Below, piece after piece: positions 15,969-26,778 of a DNA stretch of 64,000 bases. The notes beneath the pieces are model-generated. The model saw only the letters and a program-made list of their open reading frames with translations, searched no databases and was not told the DNA's origin. Source of the DNA: an uncultured Gemmatimonadaceae bacterium (lineage in GTDB: Bacteria; Gemmatimonadota; Gemmatimonadetes; Gemmatimonadales; Gemmatimonadaceae); the NCBI GenBank assembly GCA_963843845.1, contig CAWJMB010000002.1, forward strand, positions 352,001 to 416,000, given 5' to 3'. The translations under genes and the position numbers were made by a program. Each line of letters opens with the position of its first letter. The first letter of the stretch is position 1.

Positions 15969-18900
15969 CTACCGGCGCGCCGTCACGGTGAACGTGCCGC
16001 CGTCGCTGCGCCCGTGCACCGCCGGGTTGTACATCTCCTCCGCGTGTGCCGGCGGCCGCACGAACGTTCCCGCCGTCGTGGCGCGCGCGAGGTAGGTCGC
16101 CGAGTACGTCCCCGGCCAGAGCACGGTCGCCGAGTAGACGACGCGGTCGTCGCGCAGCTCGCGGTGATCGAACGGCGACCACCACCCGCCGTCCCACGTG
16201 CCGTAGACCCAGCGCGGCAGCTCGTCGTTCGGCTCGGCGCGCTCGCGGTCGTCGTGGCGTGAGGCACCAGGGCCGACGGCGGTGGCGGCGGTGCGGAGGC
16301 TGAGGTCGACGGCCTCGAGGCCGGCCGGAAGCGCGTCGTCGAGCACGACGAAGTGGCGCGTCGTCGGGACCGTCAGGCGCAGACGGACACGCACCAGCTC
16401 CCCTTCGACGACGCTCGTGATCGAGCGGCCGGCACCGGCGGGACCGGCACCGGCGGGACCGGCACCGGCGGGACCGGCACCGGCGGGACCGGCACCGGCG
16501 GCGGTGCCGTCGTAGGGCTCGTACCACCGCTCGACCGTGATCCCGGCGACCACCGGCGTCGTCGGCGGCCGGCTCGGAACCTCGGAGACGGTGACGTAGA
16601 AATAGACGGCGCCGCTGCCTGGACCCGCGGCGATCGCCAGGCGCAGTGCCTGTCCTCCAGCCACGCCACTGAGCAGGCCGCGAAGCGGCACGGCCGAATC
16701 CCCTCGGGCCAGAATGACGCGGTCTCCGCTCCGCACCTGGACCGTACGGACTTCCTCCGACCGAGTACGCCGCTCGAAATCGGCGAGCGCGGCGACGGCC
16801 GACGCGTAGTCCTGCGTGTTCCACTGCCAGTCCGTCCGCCGCACGCGCCCTTCGTCGGCGAGCGCCTCGACGAGCGGGCCGATGAGCGCGTGCTCGGGCT
16901 CGACGGCGAGCGTCGCGGCGAGCACCTGGGCGAGCGGGCGCGTGTGCGACGTGAAGTAGAACGCCGGCCCGTCGTCGTCGGGGAGCACCGCTCGGCGGCC
17001 GTCGACGCGGACGGTCGGCCAGATCGCGGCCATGAGCCGGCGGGCGTCGGCTGCGGCGCGACGGCGCGCGAACACCGTCGCGAGGCGGGCACGATCCTCG
17101 AGCGTCAGCTGCGCGGCCATGCGTAGCAGCTCGTTCTCCGACGCCACGTCGGGGCGGCCGAATCGGCTCAGGAAGTCGACCGCGGCGACCTGGTCGCGAA
17201 GCCGCATCGCACGGGTGGCGTAGTAGCTCGCGACGGGTGTCGCGTCCGCGTCTCCGGTGCCTTTGAGGTCGGTCGTGAGATAGCTCGCGAGCCGGGCGAG
17301 CGTCGCGGCGTTCACGGCGACGCCGGCGTCGCGCGCGTCGAGCAGCACCGCGCCGGCGTACGCGCTGAGCCACGGCGTCGTCCAGTCGGTCGCCGACCAG
17401 TAGCCGATGCCGCCGTCGGCGCGCTGGCGTTGCGTCAGCAGCTCGACGGCGCGCCGCACGTCGACGAGGGGGGTGCCGCGGAGGAACGGGCCGACGCTCG
17501 GCAGGCGCTGCTGCGCGCGGTAGAGCGCGATGAGGGGGATCGCGGCGCTGACGACCTGCTCCGAGCAGGAGTACGGATAGACGCGCAGCGTTCCCGCCAT
17601 CCCGCGGATCGTCGCGAGTGGCGATGGGCCGATCTGCAGCGACAGTCGCGACCGTGTCTGGTCGATGTCGCTCGGCAGCGCGAGCACGACCGAGGCGGTG
17701 TCGCGAACGACGCCGGCGACGGTGTGGGTGCGCGGCGTGAAGTCGGGGTGCCAGGGCAGTGCGACGCGCACGGCGTCGGCGTTCGTGCCGTCGGTGACGT
17801 CGAACCGGAACTCGGCGCTGTCGACGCCCGCCGAGGGGACCTGGAACGGGAAGCGCACTTCGGCGCCACGCGACTGGGCGAGCGTCACGCGCTGCTCTCG
17901 CCCGCCGCGCAGCGCGACGCCCGTGGCGTCGGCGCGGACGGTCACCGACACCGCTGCGCCATCGCGCCGATTGATCACCGCGCCGGCAGTGAACGTGTCG
18001 CCCGGCCGCACGAACCGCGGCAGCGCCTGGCGCGCCAGCAGCGGACGGGTGACGAGCAGACTCGCCTCCCCCCTGCCATACCGATCGCCGGCGGTGACGG
18101 CCACGGCCATCACGCGGAACGTCGTCAGGTTGTCGGGCAGCTTCACCGTCGCCAGCCCGGCTCCTGTCGCGTCCGTGACGACGGACCCCAGGAAGAAGGC
18201 CGTCGTCTGGAAGCGGGAGCGCAGGACGTCGCTCCCCGCCGCACCGCCGCCGCCCCCCGCCTCGCGGCGTCCCTTCTCGCCGTCCGGCACCTGCGGCGCG
18301 ACGCCGGTCATGTTGCTCGCCAGCCGCATCCCGAGCCCGCGCGCTCGATAGATCAGGTCGATCGGGTCGGGCGTCGTGTACCCGGTGAGCGCGAGCACCC
18401 CGTCGTCGACCGCCCAGAGCGTGACTTCGCTCCGCACGCCGCCGCCCTGCGCCTGCCCCGAGCCGTGCGCGTCGCGCACCTGCACGCGTACGCGCGCCGA
18501 GTCGCCTGGCCGGTACTCGGCGCGTTCCGGGGCGACAGACAGCGTGAGGCGCTTCACCTCCGGCGTCACGCGCAGCTCCGCATAGCCGACCCGCATCGTC
18601 GGCCGTCCCGGGTCGTCGAGCGGGCCGGGCTTCGCAGAGCGACCGCGCGCGACGACGATCGAGACGAACGCGTTCGGCGCGTACGCCTCGGTGATCGGAA
18701 ACTTCAGCGTCGTGGCGCCGCTCGTCAGTCGCATGCGCCGCTGCTCGATGAGCCCCTCGCGCTCGACGGTGATCCACGCCTCGGCGTTCGTGAACGGGGC
18801 AGCGAACAGCACCGTCGCGGTGTCGCCGACGGCGTAGCGCGACCGGTCCGGGACGACGTCCATCTTGAACTGCGACTCGTCGTTCCACGGCACCCACCCG

Positions 18901-21833
18901 GCGCCCGACGCCCACCGCTCGAAGCTCGTCTCCGCGCTCCGGCCGGCGGCGTCGGTCGCGGTGAAGCGCACGGTGTACTCGCCGCCGCCGTTCGGCGTGA
19001 ACGAGCACGGCCGGGGCGTTGCAGCTGACAGGACCGTGCAGCGCGCGACCGTGTCCTGCACCCAGTCGCCGACCGTCTCGGCGACGCCGTTGCGGACGCG
19101 CCGCACGCGGTGCCACTCGCGCCGCACGATCGTCCCCGCGATCCGCGTCCCGACGACCGGGTCGCCGGTCGGCTTCACCGCGAGCACGCTCACCGAGACC
19201 GGCGCCCCCGCCCGCCAGAAATAGGACGTGCCCGACGGTCTCGCCGCGACGTACAGATCGGCCGGGTGCACGACCGTCGTCGTGCGCTGGCCGACGACCT
19301 GGCGGTTCACGTCGGTGACGATCGCCTCCAACGTCACGCGCGCCGCGCGGCCGTTCGGCGGCACCGGGAGCGCGACCTTCACCGTGCGCTCGCCGCGCGC
19401 GTCGAGCGTGTCGGCGCCGCTCGCGAACTCGTCGGTCGACGGCTCCGCGTACTCCTCCGACCAGCCGCCGCTCCGGCCGACGTGCCAGCCGCCGTCGAGC
19501 CCCGGGATCTCGAGCTCCCACGGCGAGAGCGTCGTCTGCCGCGCGCTCCACGACAGCGCCGCGCGCCCCATCCGCGCGCCGAACAGGTAGCGCGCCTGCA
19601 CCGTCGCGGCGAGCGTGTCGCCGGGCAGCCGCGCCGCGCGCACCGCGGTCAGGTCGACCAGGAACTCCGGCGGCCGGTACTCGGCGACGCGGTACCTCGT
19701 GGTGCCGACGGTGCGCCAGGCTCCTCGTCGCCGCGCCTGCACCTCGACCGCGTAGTCGCCGACGGCCGCCGAGCGCGGCAGGTCGACGAATCGGTCGGCG
19801 GTGCCGAACGCCGAGAGCGGCGACGTCACCTCGCGCAGCATCCCGTCATCGCGGTCGTGGAAGCGCCAGCGCACCGAGTCGCCCGCGCTCGGCACCCGCA
19901 GCGCGCCCAGGGCGCCGTCGCGCACGATCGCCTTCGCGTAGACGCGTTCGCCGGGGCGGTAGATGCCGCGCTCGGTGAACACGGCGCCGGCGAGCGTCAG
20001 TCGCTCGTCGTCCCACGCGCTCGCCACGTCGAAGCGCCACGGCGCGAGGTCCGGGTCCCAGCGATTCACCGCGGCGTAGGCGCGGTCGGTGCCCAGCGTG
20101 ACGCGGACGTAGCCTTCGACGGTGCTCCTCCCGTCGTCGTCGCTCGTGGTCGCGTTCGGCGCCCATCCGGCGAGCCGCGCGAGACCGCGCGCGTCGGTGC
20201 GCGACGTCGCGAGCAGCTGTCCGTTCGGATCGAACAGCTGCACCACCGCGCCGCGCTTCGCGCTGCCGTCGCTGACGCCGGTGACCCACACGTACCCTTC
20301 CGCCGCCCCGAGCCGCACGTGGACGCCGAGGTCGGTGATCTGGACGAGCGACGTCGGCGTCTCGCTCCCGTCGCTCGTGCCGCGTGCGCGGCCGCTGACG
20401 CGCACCGCGAACAGTCCCGACGACCCGGCCCGCGTGGCGTCGGCCACGGGCAGCCGGACGCCGGTGATCATGCCGCGGTCGACCGGGGCGCGGACGGCCA
20501 GCCGCTGCGTGGTGGCGCCTCTCGCGAGCGCCGTCCACATCGTGTCGTCGGCCCACCCGAAGCGGGTCAGCGCGCGCGCCTCCATCCGCTCCGGCACCGG
20601 GGCGATCTCCGCGACGAGCGTGTCGACGTTGACGTGCTGGACCGCGAGCGTGCGGAAGCCGAGTCGCTCGACGAGCAGGCGGCCGTACGGCGCGTCGATC
20701 TCGGGGGCGTAGCCGGTGGTCGTGAACGCGGCGGCGGGATTGCCGCGCAGCGGTTGGCCGTAGACGTCGCGCAGCGCCGTGTCGACGACGACCGCGTACG
20801 TCCGGCGCGGCGCGAGCGGCGCGTCGAGCGTCCACGTCGTCGCCTCGCTCGCCGTGTCGTCCACGGTGAAGCGTGCGGCGGGCAGGAGTCGCACGCGGCG
20901 CAGCACGTCGTGCCCGCGCACGGGCGTCGTGAACCGGATGGTGACCGGCCCGGTCGGACAGAACTCGGCGCCCGCTTCGCGGCACTGCGTGCCGGCGATG
21001 CGCAGGTCGCCGTACGTGTCGAACGCCCAGCGCGCGCGCGCCGTCGCAGCGTCGGCGCCGAGCTCGTTCTGCACCACGAGCTCTCCGGCGCAGTCGCGTG
21101 GCAGCGAGCGCTCCGGCACGAGCTGCACGACGCGGCGCTGACCGTCGAGCGTGCGGTCGCGCTGCCAGCCGCCGGCCTCGCGGAGGCGAGCCGGGTCGCC
21201 GTCGCGGAGCGCGCGCTGGCTCGCCGCGCGCAGCCGCACGATGCGGCCGCCCCCGGCGCACGACGCCGCGAACTCCAGCTGCGCCGCGTTCGACAGCGCC
21301 GCGAGGTCGACCGGCGCGCTGTAGACGACGTCGAAGCGCTGGGTCGGCGTGATCTGGCGCTCGCGCCCCGTCTCCCGCGGCCCGACCGGCGACCCGGTGA
21401 GCAGCGTCGGTCCGTGCACGCGGAACGTGAAGCGATACGGCTCGGCCAGCGTGCTGCCGTCCATCGCGCGGACGCCTGGGGCGACGGTCACCGTGTAGCG
21501 CGCGCCGGCAACCAGTGGCGCGCTCGGCGTGAGGCGGATCGTCGCGGGGTCGCGCCATTCGATCCGACCGGGGACCGACGGCTCGACCCGGAGGAGCGAG
21601 GCCGGGTCGACCGCCGCGCGATCGAGCGAGCCGGCGACCGGCCTGTCGAACGTGACGCTCAGCCGAGCGGACGGTGACGCGTCACCGTCGGGGGTGGCGC
21701 GGACGACGCGGAGCGGCGCGTCAGGCGGCGTGCCCGCCTGCGCGCCCGCCTGCGCGCCACGTTGCGCGCCGAGCGGCACGGTGACGACCGCGGCGGCGGC
21801 GGCGGCGACGAACGCCAGGCGAACGAGCGACAT
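15969..21833 (-). CDS. Bacterial alpha-2-macroglobulin family protein
   Basis: 1954 aa with signal peptide; FTERGIYRPGE, EYRPPEF, LPDNLTTFRVMAVA, thioester-type YPYSCSEQ, C-terminal PPAHAEEMYNP. Confidence 0.93.
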   Translation of the reverse strand: MSLVRLAFVAAAAAAVVTVPLGAQRGAQAGAQAGTPPDAPLRVVRATPDGDASPSARLSVTFDRPVAGSLDRAAVDPASLLRVEPSVPGRIEWRDPATIRLTPSAPLVAGARYTVTVAPGVRAMDGSTLAEPYRFTFRVHGPTLLTGSPVGPRETGRERQITPTQRFDVVYSAPVDLAALSNAAQLEFAASCAGGGRIVRLRAASQRALRDGDPARLREAGGWQRDRTLDGQRRVVQLVPERSLPRDCAGELVVQNELGADAATARARWAFDTYGDLRIAGTQCREAGAEFCPTGPVTIRFTTPVRGHDVLRRVRLLPAARFTVDDTASEATTWTLDAPLAPRRTYAVVVDTALRDVYGQPLRGNPAAAFTTTGYAPEIDAPYGRLLVERLGFRTLAVQHVNVDTLVAEIAPVPERMEARALTRFGWADDTMWTALARGATTQRLAVRAPVDRGMITGVRLPVADATRAGSSGLFAVRVSGRARGTSDGSETPTSLVQITDLGVHVRLGAAEGYVWVTGVSDGSAKRGAVVQLFDPNGQLLATSRTDARGLARLAGWAPNATTSDDDGRSTVEGYVRVTLGTDRAYAAVNRWDPDLAPWRFDVASAWDDERLTLAGAVFTERGIYRPGERVYAKAIVRDGALGALRVPSAGDSVRWRFHDRDDGMLREVTSPLSAFGTADRFVDLPRSAAVGDYAVEVQARRRGAWRTVGTTRYRVAEYRPPEFLVDLTAVRAARLPGDTLAATVQARYLFGARMGRAALSWSARQTTLSPWELEIPGLDGGWHVGRSGGWSEEYAEPSTDEFASGADTLDARGERTVKVALPVPPNGRAARVTLEAIVTDVNRQVVGQRTTTVVHPADLYVAARPSGTSYFWRAGAPVSVSVLAVKPTGDPVVGTRIAGTIVRREWHRVRRVRNGVAETVGDWVQDTVARCTVLSAATPRPCSFTPNGGGEYTVRFTATDAAGRSAETSFERWASGAGWVPWNDESQFKMDVVPDRSRYAVGDTATVLFAAPFTNAEAWITVEREGLIEQRRMRLTSGATTLKFPITEAYAPNAFVSIVVARGRSAKPGPLDDPGRPTMRVGYAELRVTPEVKRLTLSVAPERAEYRPGDSARVRVQVRDAHGSGQAQGGGVRSEVTLWAVDDGVLALTGYTTPDPIDLIYRARGLGMRLASNMTGVAPQVPDGEKGRREAGGGGGAAGSDVLRSRFQTTAFFLGSVVTDATGAGLATVKLPDNLTTFRVMAVAVTAGDRYGRGEASLLVTRPLLARQALPRFVRPGDTFTAGAVINRRDGAAVSVTVRADATGVALRGGREQRVTLAQSRGAEVRFPFQVPSAGVDSAEFRFDVTDGTNADAVRVALPWHPDFTPRTHTVAGVVRDTASVVLALPSDIDQTRSRLSLQIGPSPLATIRGMAGTLRVYPYSCSEQVVSAAIPLIALYRAQQRLPSVGPFLRGTPLVDVRRAVELLTQRQRADGGIGYWSATDWTTPWLSAYAGAVLLDARDAGVAVNAATLARLASYLTTDLKGTGDADATPVASYYATRAMRLRDQVAAVDFLSRFGRPDVASENELLRMAAQLTLEDRARLATVFARRRAAADARRLMAAIWPTVRVDGRRAVLPDDDGPAFYFTSHTRPLAQVLAATLAVEPEHALIGPLVEALADEGRVRRTDWQWNTQDYASAVAALADFERRTRSEEVRTVQVRSGDRVILARGDSAVPLRGLLSGVAGGQALRLAIAAGPGSGAVYFYVTVSEVPSRPPTTPVVAGITVERWYEPYDGTAAGAGPAGAGPAGAGPAGAGPAGAGRSITSVVEGELVRVRLRLTVPTTRHFVVLDDALPAGLEAVDLSLRTAATAVGPGASRHDDRERAEPNDELPRWVYGTWDGGWWSPFDHRELRDDRVVYSATVLWPGTYSATYLARATTAGTFVRPPAHAEEMYNPAVHGRSDGGTFTVTARR

Positions 21834-21938
21834 GAGCGAGCTCCGGGTGCGCGCGGGTGCCCAGTATAGGTACGCGGCGGGCGGCGCGCTCGTGCCTGCG
21901 CCCGCCGTCTCACCTCGGCGCGGACGGCGGGCGGGCGG

Positions 21939-23396
21939 TCATGGCGCGAGGCGGTCGAGGAGGCGGTCGGCGAGGCGTCGCGCGTCCACGTCGTCGCGGT
22001 CGGTGAGGACGATGACCGTGACGCGCCGTTCGGGCAGCCGCACGAACGCGGCGCGCCGTCCGTCCGGCGTGCCGTAGGCGCTGAGCCGGGTGGTGCCGCG
22101 GTACGTGTCGCGCTGCCAGCCGAGGGCGTCGTCGCCAGGCTGCGGGGCGCCGGCGCTGCGCGCACCGGCGAAGAACGTCGGCAGGTGCTCGAGACCCAGC
22201 GCGAAGCGATACAGCTCGTCGACGTTCGCCGCGAGCTGCCCGTCGACGACGGCCATCTGGTGCGCGCCGATCGGCGTGAAGATCCGCGCCGCGAGCGCCG
22301 CGCGGTAGGCCGAGTCGTGCGCGAGTGGGCGCGTGCGCCCGGTGAGCCGCGCCAGCAGTGCGTCGACCGGCTCGGACAGGCCGCCTACCGCGAAGTTCGG
22401 GACGGTCGTCGGCGGCATGTAGCGCGCGCCGATCGGCACGTTGAACGCGCGGTCGACGAGCACGTTCCCCTGTCTGGCGACGAGCACCGTGGCCTTCGAC
22501 CCCGACGCGGCGACCTCGCGGAACACGCCGTCGACGAACGCGCTGTCGAGGCGTGACGACGCGCCGGCGCGGCGGCGCACCGCGCGGGCGGCGAGGTCGT
22601 AGCTGTCGCCCGGGTAGAGCGTGACGAACGGCCGGCCGGCATCGTTGCCGCGGCCGCCGTAGGCGAACGCCTTGTTGCGCCCGACGATGACGGCCGAGTC
22701 GCCCTGCACGATCCAGGCGGTCCCCTCGTCCTCCGAGATGCCGAGCAGATCGGGGCGGCGCGGCACGAGCGAGTCGGCGAGGTCGGCGAGCCGTCCGCGC
22801 GCGACGACGTGCTGGTCGATCGCGACGTTGCGCAGGAAGCCGAAGCCGCGATCGTAGGTCGAGTCCATGACGATCGCGTTCCCCGACCGCGCGCCCCGCA
22901 GCAGATAGCTGGACAGGATCGACGCCCCGGCCGACGTGCCGCCGACCACGCCGCCGCGCGCGAGCACCGCGTGAAAGCCGCGCTCGGTGCGCGTTCCGGC
23001 GTACGAGTCGACGAGGTGCCACTGCCGCCCCCCCTCGAACCAGACGCCGCCGGCGCGCGCGAGCACGGCGGCGAAGGCGCTGTCGTCGGCGACGGCGCGA
23101 TGCACCGTGTGCAGCACGACGACGTTGCGGGCGCCGGCGGCCTTGAGCCCCGCGGTGCCGCGCCAGTCTGCCGGATAGAGCGAGTCGCCGCCCGCCGTCG
23201 GGACGTCGACGATGAGGGCGTCGGGGCCGCCGGCGAGCGCGATGAAGCGCTCGTAGACGTCGGGGCCGATCGCGCCGCCGCCGACCACGACGACGGCGCC
23301 GCGGGCGGGGCCGACCTGCTGCGCGGCGAGCGGGGCGGCGAGAGCGGCGAGTGCGATGGTCGCGGTGAGCGCGGTGGGGTAGAGCCGACGAAGCAT
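21939..23396 (-). CDS. Secreted cyanophycinase-like peptidase (S51) fused to a partial beta-lactamase-like C-terminal domain
   Basis: Signal peptide; GAVVVVGGG, WFEGGRQ, GGTSAGAS, IDQH; C-terminus has IFTPIG, ANVDELYRF and RRVTVIVLTDR. Confidence 0.75.
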   Translation of the reverse strand: MLRRLYPTALTATIALAALAAPLAAQQVGPARGAVVVVGGGAIGPDVYERFIALAGGPDALIVDVPTAGGDSLYPADWRGTAGLKAAGARNVVVLHTVHRAVADDSAFAAVLARAGGVWFEGGRQWHLVDSYAGTRTERGFHAVLARGGVVGGTSAGASILSSYLLRGARSGNAIVMDSTYDRGFGFLRNVAIDQHVVARGRLADLADSLVPRRPDLLGISEDEGTAWIVQGDSAVIVGRNKAFAYGGRGNDAGRPFVTLYPGDSYDLAARAVRRRAGASSRLDSAFVDGVFREVAASGSKATVLVARQGNVLVDRAFNVPIGARYMPPTTVPNFAVGGLSEPVDALLARLTGRTRPLAHDSAYRAALAARIFTPIGAHQMAVVDGQLAANVDELYRFALGLEHLPTFFAGARSAGAPQPGDDALGWQRDTYRGTTRLSAYGTPDGRRAAFVRLPERRVTVIVLTDRDDVDARRLADRLLDRLAP

Positions 23397-23748
23397 TGCG
23401 GGCGGGGTGAGGGCGATCTACGGTCTACGCGAGCCGAGGGCGCGACGTTCGGCGGGTGCGGGATGGGAGGGTGGTGGCAGGGCGGCTCCGCATCACCGCC
23501 CGCCCCCGCCGTCCCGCCCCCCCCCCCGCTCGAGGAATGCCTCGGCGGCGTGGTCGACGAGCGCGCTCCGTACCCTGTAGCATCGTGAGCCGGGCTGGAC
23601 GACCCGGCCCGGCTCGGGAACGTGCGTCCGCGACGACTGCGGCCGCGCCGTCTCGGGCGAGTCCGGCGGTCGCCGCGCCGGTCGGGAGCCGCGCTTGCGA
23701 TGAGGACGGCCGACCCGACATGGCCGACCCCGTCGCCAGGAGCCGCGC

Positions 23749-24607
23749 GTGCCCGAGCCGACATCGTCTCACCCCGACGCCGAACCGCAGGACCGTCTCG
23801 CCGCCCTGCGCGACCTGGAGGAGTGGCTCGAGCGACCGATGCTCGTGCTGAGCTTCGTGTGGCTCGCCCTGTTCGTGCTCGAGTTCACGCGCGGGCTCTC
23901 CCCGGCGTTCGAGACCGCCGGCTGGGTGATCTGGGCCGTCTTCGTGCTCGACTTTCTCCTGCGGCTCGCGCTCGCGCCGGACCGCGGGCGCTATCTCCGC
24001 GCGAACTGGCTGACGGTCCTCTCGCTGCTCGTGCCGGCAGTACGCGTGCTCCGCGTCGTGCGCGGCGTTCCGCGTGCTGCGCGCCGCACGCGCCGCGCGA
24101 GGCCTGCGGCTCGTGAAGGTCGTCGGCTCGCTGAATCGCGGCATGCGCGCCCTCGGCCGGAGCTTCGCGCGGCGGGGATTCGGGTACGTGCTGACGCTCA
24201 CGCTGCTCGTCACGCTGGCCGGAGCGGCCGGCATGTACGCCTTCGAGCGCGACGCGCCGGGAAGCCCGCTCACGAGCTACGGCGCGACGCTGTGGTGGAC
24301 GGCCATGATCATGACGACCATGGGCTCCGACTACTTCCCGACGAGCGCCGAGGGGCGCGCGCTCTGCGTGCTGCTCGCTCTGTTCGCGTTCGGAGTGTTC
24401 GGCTACGTGACGGCGGCGCTGGCGACGTTCTTCGTCGGGCGCGACGCGGTGGCGGCCGACGCGGAGGTGGCGGGGCAGGAGTCGGTGGACGCGCTCGCGG
24501 CCGAGGTCCGAGCGCTGCGCGCCGAGGTCCGCGCCCTCCTCCCGCGGCTCGGAGCGCCGGGCACCCGACCAGGGCCGGGCGGCGTCGAGGCGGAGATCGG
24601 CGACTGA
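23749..24607 (+). CDS. Potassium channel / ion transporter, frameshift near 24070
   Basis: TM segments, S4-like Arg repeats and pore helix LWWTAMIMTTMGSDYFP split across two frames. Confidence 0.8.
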
Positions 24608-24652
24608 GATCCCACGGAGCTCCCTCGCCTCGACAGGCGATGGCGCACCAGT

Positions 24653-26512
24653 TCAATCCGTCGCACGTCCCGGTGCCGGCGGCGACGGCGGCGCGGCCGG
24701 CGTCCGCATCGCGAGCGATGCGTCGGGCATGCGGCTGAGCAGCACGAGCTCGTCGCCCGCGCGCCAGGTGAGATCGGCGTTCACGATGTCGACGAGCTCG
24801 CCCTGCACCCGGGCGACCGGTACCACGTCCTCCGGGAGCTCGCTCGCGCGCGTCGGCCCGCCGGCGGGCACGCGGTACGTCACGAACGTCGCGGTCCCGT
24901 CGTCGATCGACGACTCCCACGCGCGCACGTCGAGCGGCCGGCCGAACGCGATGCGGCCGCCGACGCGCTCCAGCAGTCGCGGCCCCGCGCCGCGGCTCGG
25001 CTGGCCGAGCGCGGGGAAGGTGCGCTCCACGCCGAACGCGTCGTGCGCGAGATGCGTGGCGAGCGCGTTCACCTCGGAGTTCGTCGTCACCGCCACGACC
25101 GTCGTCGCCTCCTCGGCGCCGAGTTCGGCGAGCACGTCCTCGTCGAGCGCGTTGCCCAGGCGCGCGTCCAAGCCCTCGGCGCGCGCCTGGGCGACGAGCG
25201 CCTCGTTGCGGTCCACCAGCGTGACCGCGCGCCCGCGCTGCTGGAGAACGCTGGCGACGCCGCGGGCGAGCGGCCCGGCGCCGACGATCACGACCGCGCG
25301 GTAGGCGAGACTGCGCAGTCCGAGCAGGCTCGCCACGAGCCCCGCCGTGAGCCCCTGGAGCGTGACGGTGATCGCGATCGCCATGAAGGTGATCGCGAGG
25401 ATCCGCGTTCCCTCGGCGAAGCCTGCCTCGTCGAGCACGACGGCGAACAGCGAGGCCACCGACGCGGCGACGATGCCGCGCGGCGAGATCCACATGACGA
25501 ACAGCCGCTCGCGCCAGGTGAGCGCGCTGCGCCGCAGCGACGCGAGCACGCACAGCGGCCGCACGACGAAGACGAGCGCGAGCACGGTCAGCACGCCGCG
25601 CCACCCCTCGGCGCGCACGATGCCTAACGGGAGCGCGGCCGCGAGCAATACGAACAGGATGCTGATGCCGAGCACCGTGAGCTGCTCCTTGAAGCGGCGG
25701 AGCCGCCGCTCCTCGGGAACGGTGCCGCGCTGCATCACGAGCCCCATCACGACCGCCGCCATGATCCCGGCCTCGCTCTGCAGCCACTCCGCGCCCGCGA
25801 ACGCCAGCCAGACGAACGCCAGCGACACGAGGTTCGCGAGCTCCGCCGGCACGAGGCCGGGGCGTCGCAGCAGCCACGAGAGCGCGAGCCCGCCGCCGCC
25901 CCCGGCCACGAGCCCCGCGAGCAGCCGGCCGACGTACCCCCACGCGCCGCTGAGCACTCCGATCGGGTGCACGCCGGCGAGGCCGAGCACCACGTCGACC
26001 ACCGCGACGGCGAGCACCGCGCCGACCGGATCGATGAGGATCGCCTCTCCCTCGAGCACCGTGCGCACCCGGCGCGGAATGCTCACACGGCGCAGCAGCG
26101 GTTGCACGACGGTGGGGCCCGTGACGGTCATGAGCGCGCCGAAGACGATCGCGACCTGCCAGCTGAACCCGGCGATCATACGGGCCGCGAGCGCGGCGCC
26201 GATCCACGACACGACGACGCCGATCGTGACGAGGTTGCGCACCTCGGTCATCGCGCGGCGCAGGTCGCCGACACGCAGGTTGAGCGCGCCGTCGAACAGG
26301 ATCACCGCGACGCAGAGCTTCACGATCACCGAGAGCCCGCCGCCGAGCGACGCCGGCAGGATCACGCCGAGCCCCGAGGGCCCGAGGGCGACGCCCAACG
26401 CGAGCAGCGGCACGATCGCGGGCACGCGGAGGCGATGCCCGACGAGCTGGGCGAACATGCCGGCGGCGACGGCGAGCGCGATCGTCAGCAGCGCGGGGTC
26501 GATGCTATGCAC
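24653..26512 (-). CDS. Cation:proton antiporter (CPA1/NhaP-like) with C-terminal TrkA-N domain
   Basis: Multiple TM helices, TGPTVV, EGEAILIDPVGA, PRGIVAAS, VIVGAGPLA NAD-binding motif. Confidence 0.9.
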   Translation of the reverse strand: MHSIDPALLTIALAVAAGMFAQLVGHRLRVPAIVPLLALGVALGPSGLGVILPASLGGGLSVIVKLCVAVILFDGALNLRVGDLRRAMTEVRNLVTIGVVVSWIGAALAARMIAGFSWQVAIVFGALMTVTGPTVVQPLLRRVSIPRRVRTVLEGEAILIDPVGAVLAVAVVDVVLGLAGVHPIGVLSGAWGYVGRLLAGLVAGGGGGLALSWLLRRPGLVPAELANLVSLAFVWLAFAGAEWLQSEAGIMAAVVMGLVMQRGTVPEERRLRRFKEQLTVLGISILFVLLAAALPLGIVRAEGWRGVLTVLALVFVVRPLCVLASLRRSALTWRERLFVMWISPRGIVAASVASLFAVVLDEAGFAEGTRILAITFMAIAITVTLQGLTAGLVASLLGLRSLAYRAVVIVGAGPLARGVASVLQQRGRAVTLVDRNEALVAQARAEGLDARLGNALDEDVLAELGAEEATTVVAVTTNSEVNALATHLAHDAFGVERTFPALGQPSRGAGPRLLERVGGRIAFGRPLDVRAWESSIDDGTATFVTYRVPAGGPTRASELPEDVVPVARVQGELVDIVNADLTWRAGDELVLLSRMPDASLAMRTPAAPPSPPAPGRATD

Positions 26513-26687
26513 GGGGGGTCGACGCGCGGGCCGCGAGTGGCATCAATGGCGAACACCTCTGTGAGGTGTGAGGCAGGGGGTGGGGAAGGCGCGAACGACA
26601 TGTCTCGTTCGGCCGGTCCCTGCAAGGATGAAACCGCCTGCGTGCCGCCTGCGCGCCGCCTGCGTGCCGCCTGATGAGCGCCGGCCC

Positions 26688-26703
26688 TGGCACCGTTGGT
26701 GCA
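26688..26703 (+). promoter_or_regulatory. Putative sigma54 promoter upstream of the lipoprotein and nhaA genes
   Basis: TGGCACCGTTGGTGCA, GG-N10-GC, about 75 nt upstream of ATG 26779. Confidence 0.55.
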
Positions 26704-26778
26704 GCCGTCTTCGGTTTTCGGCGGTGCCGACGGCACCGAGGCGACGATCCTGCGATCTGACGAGGGGGTGGTGACGAC

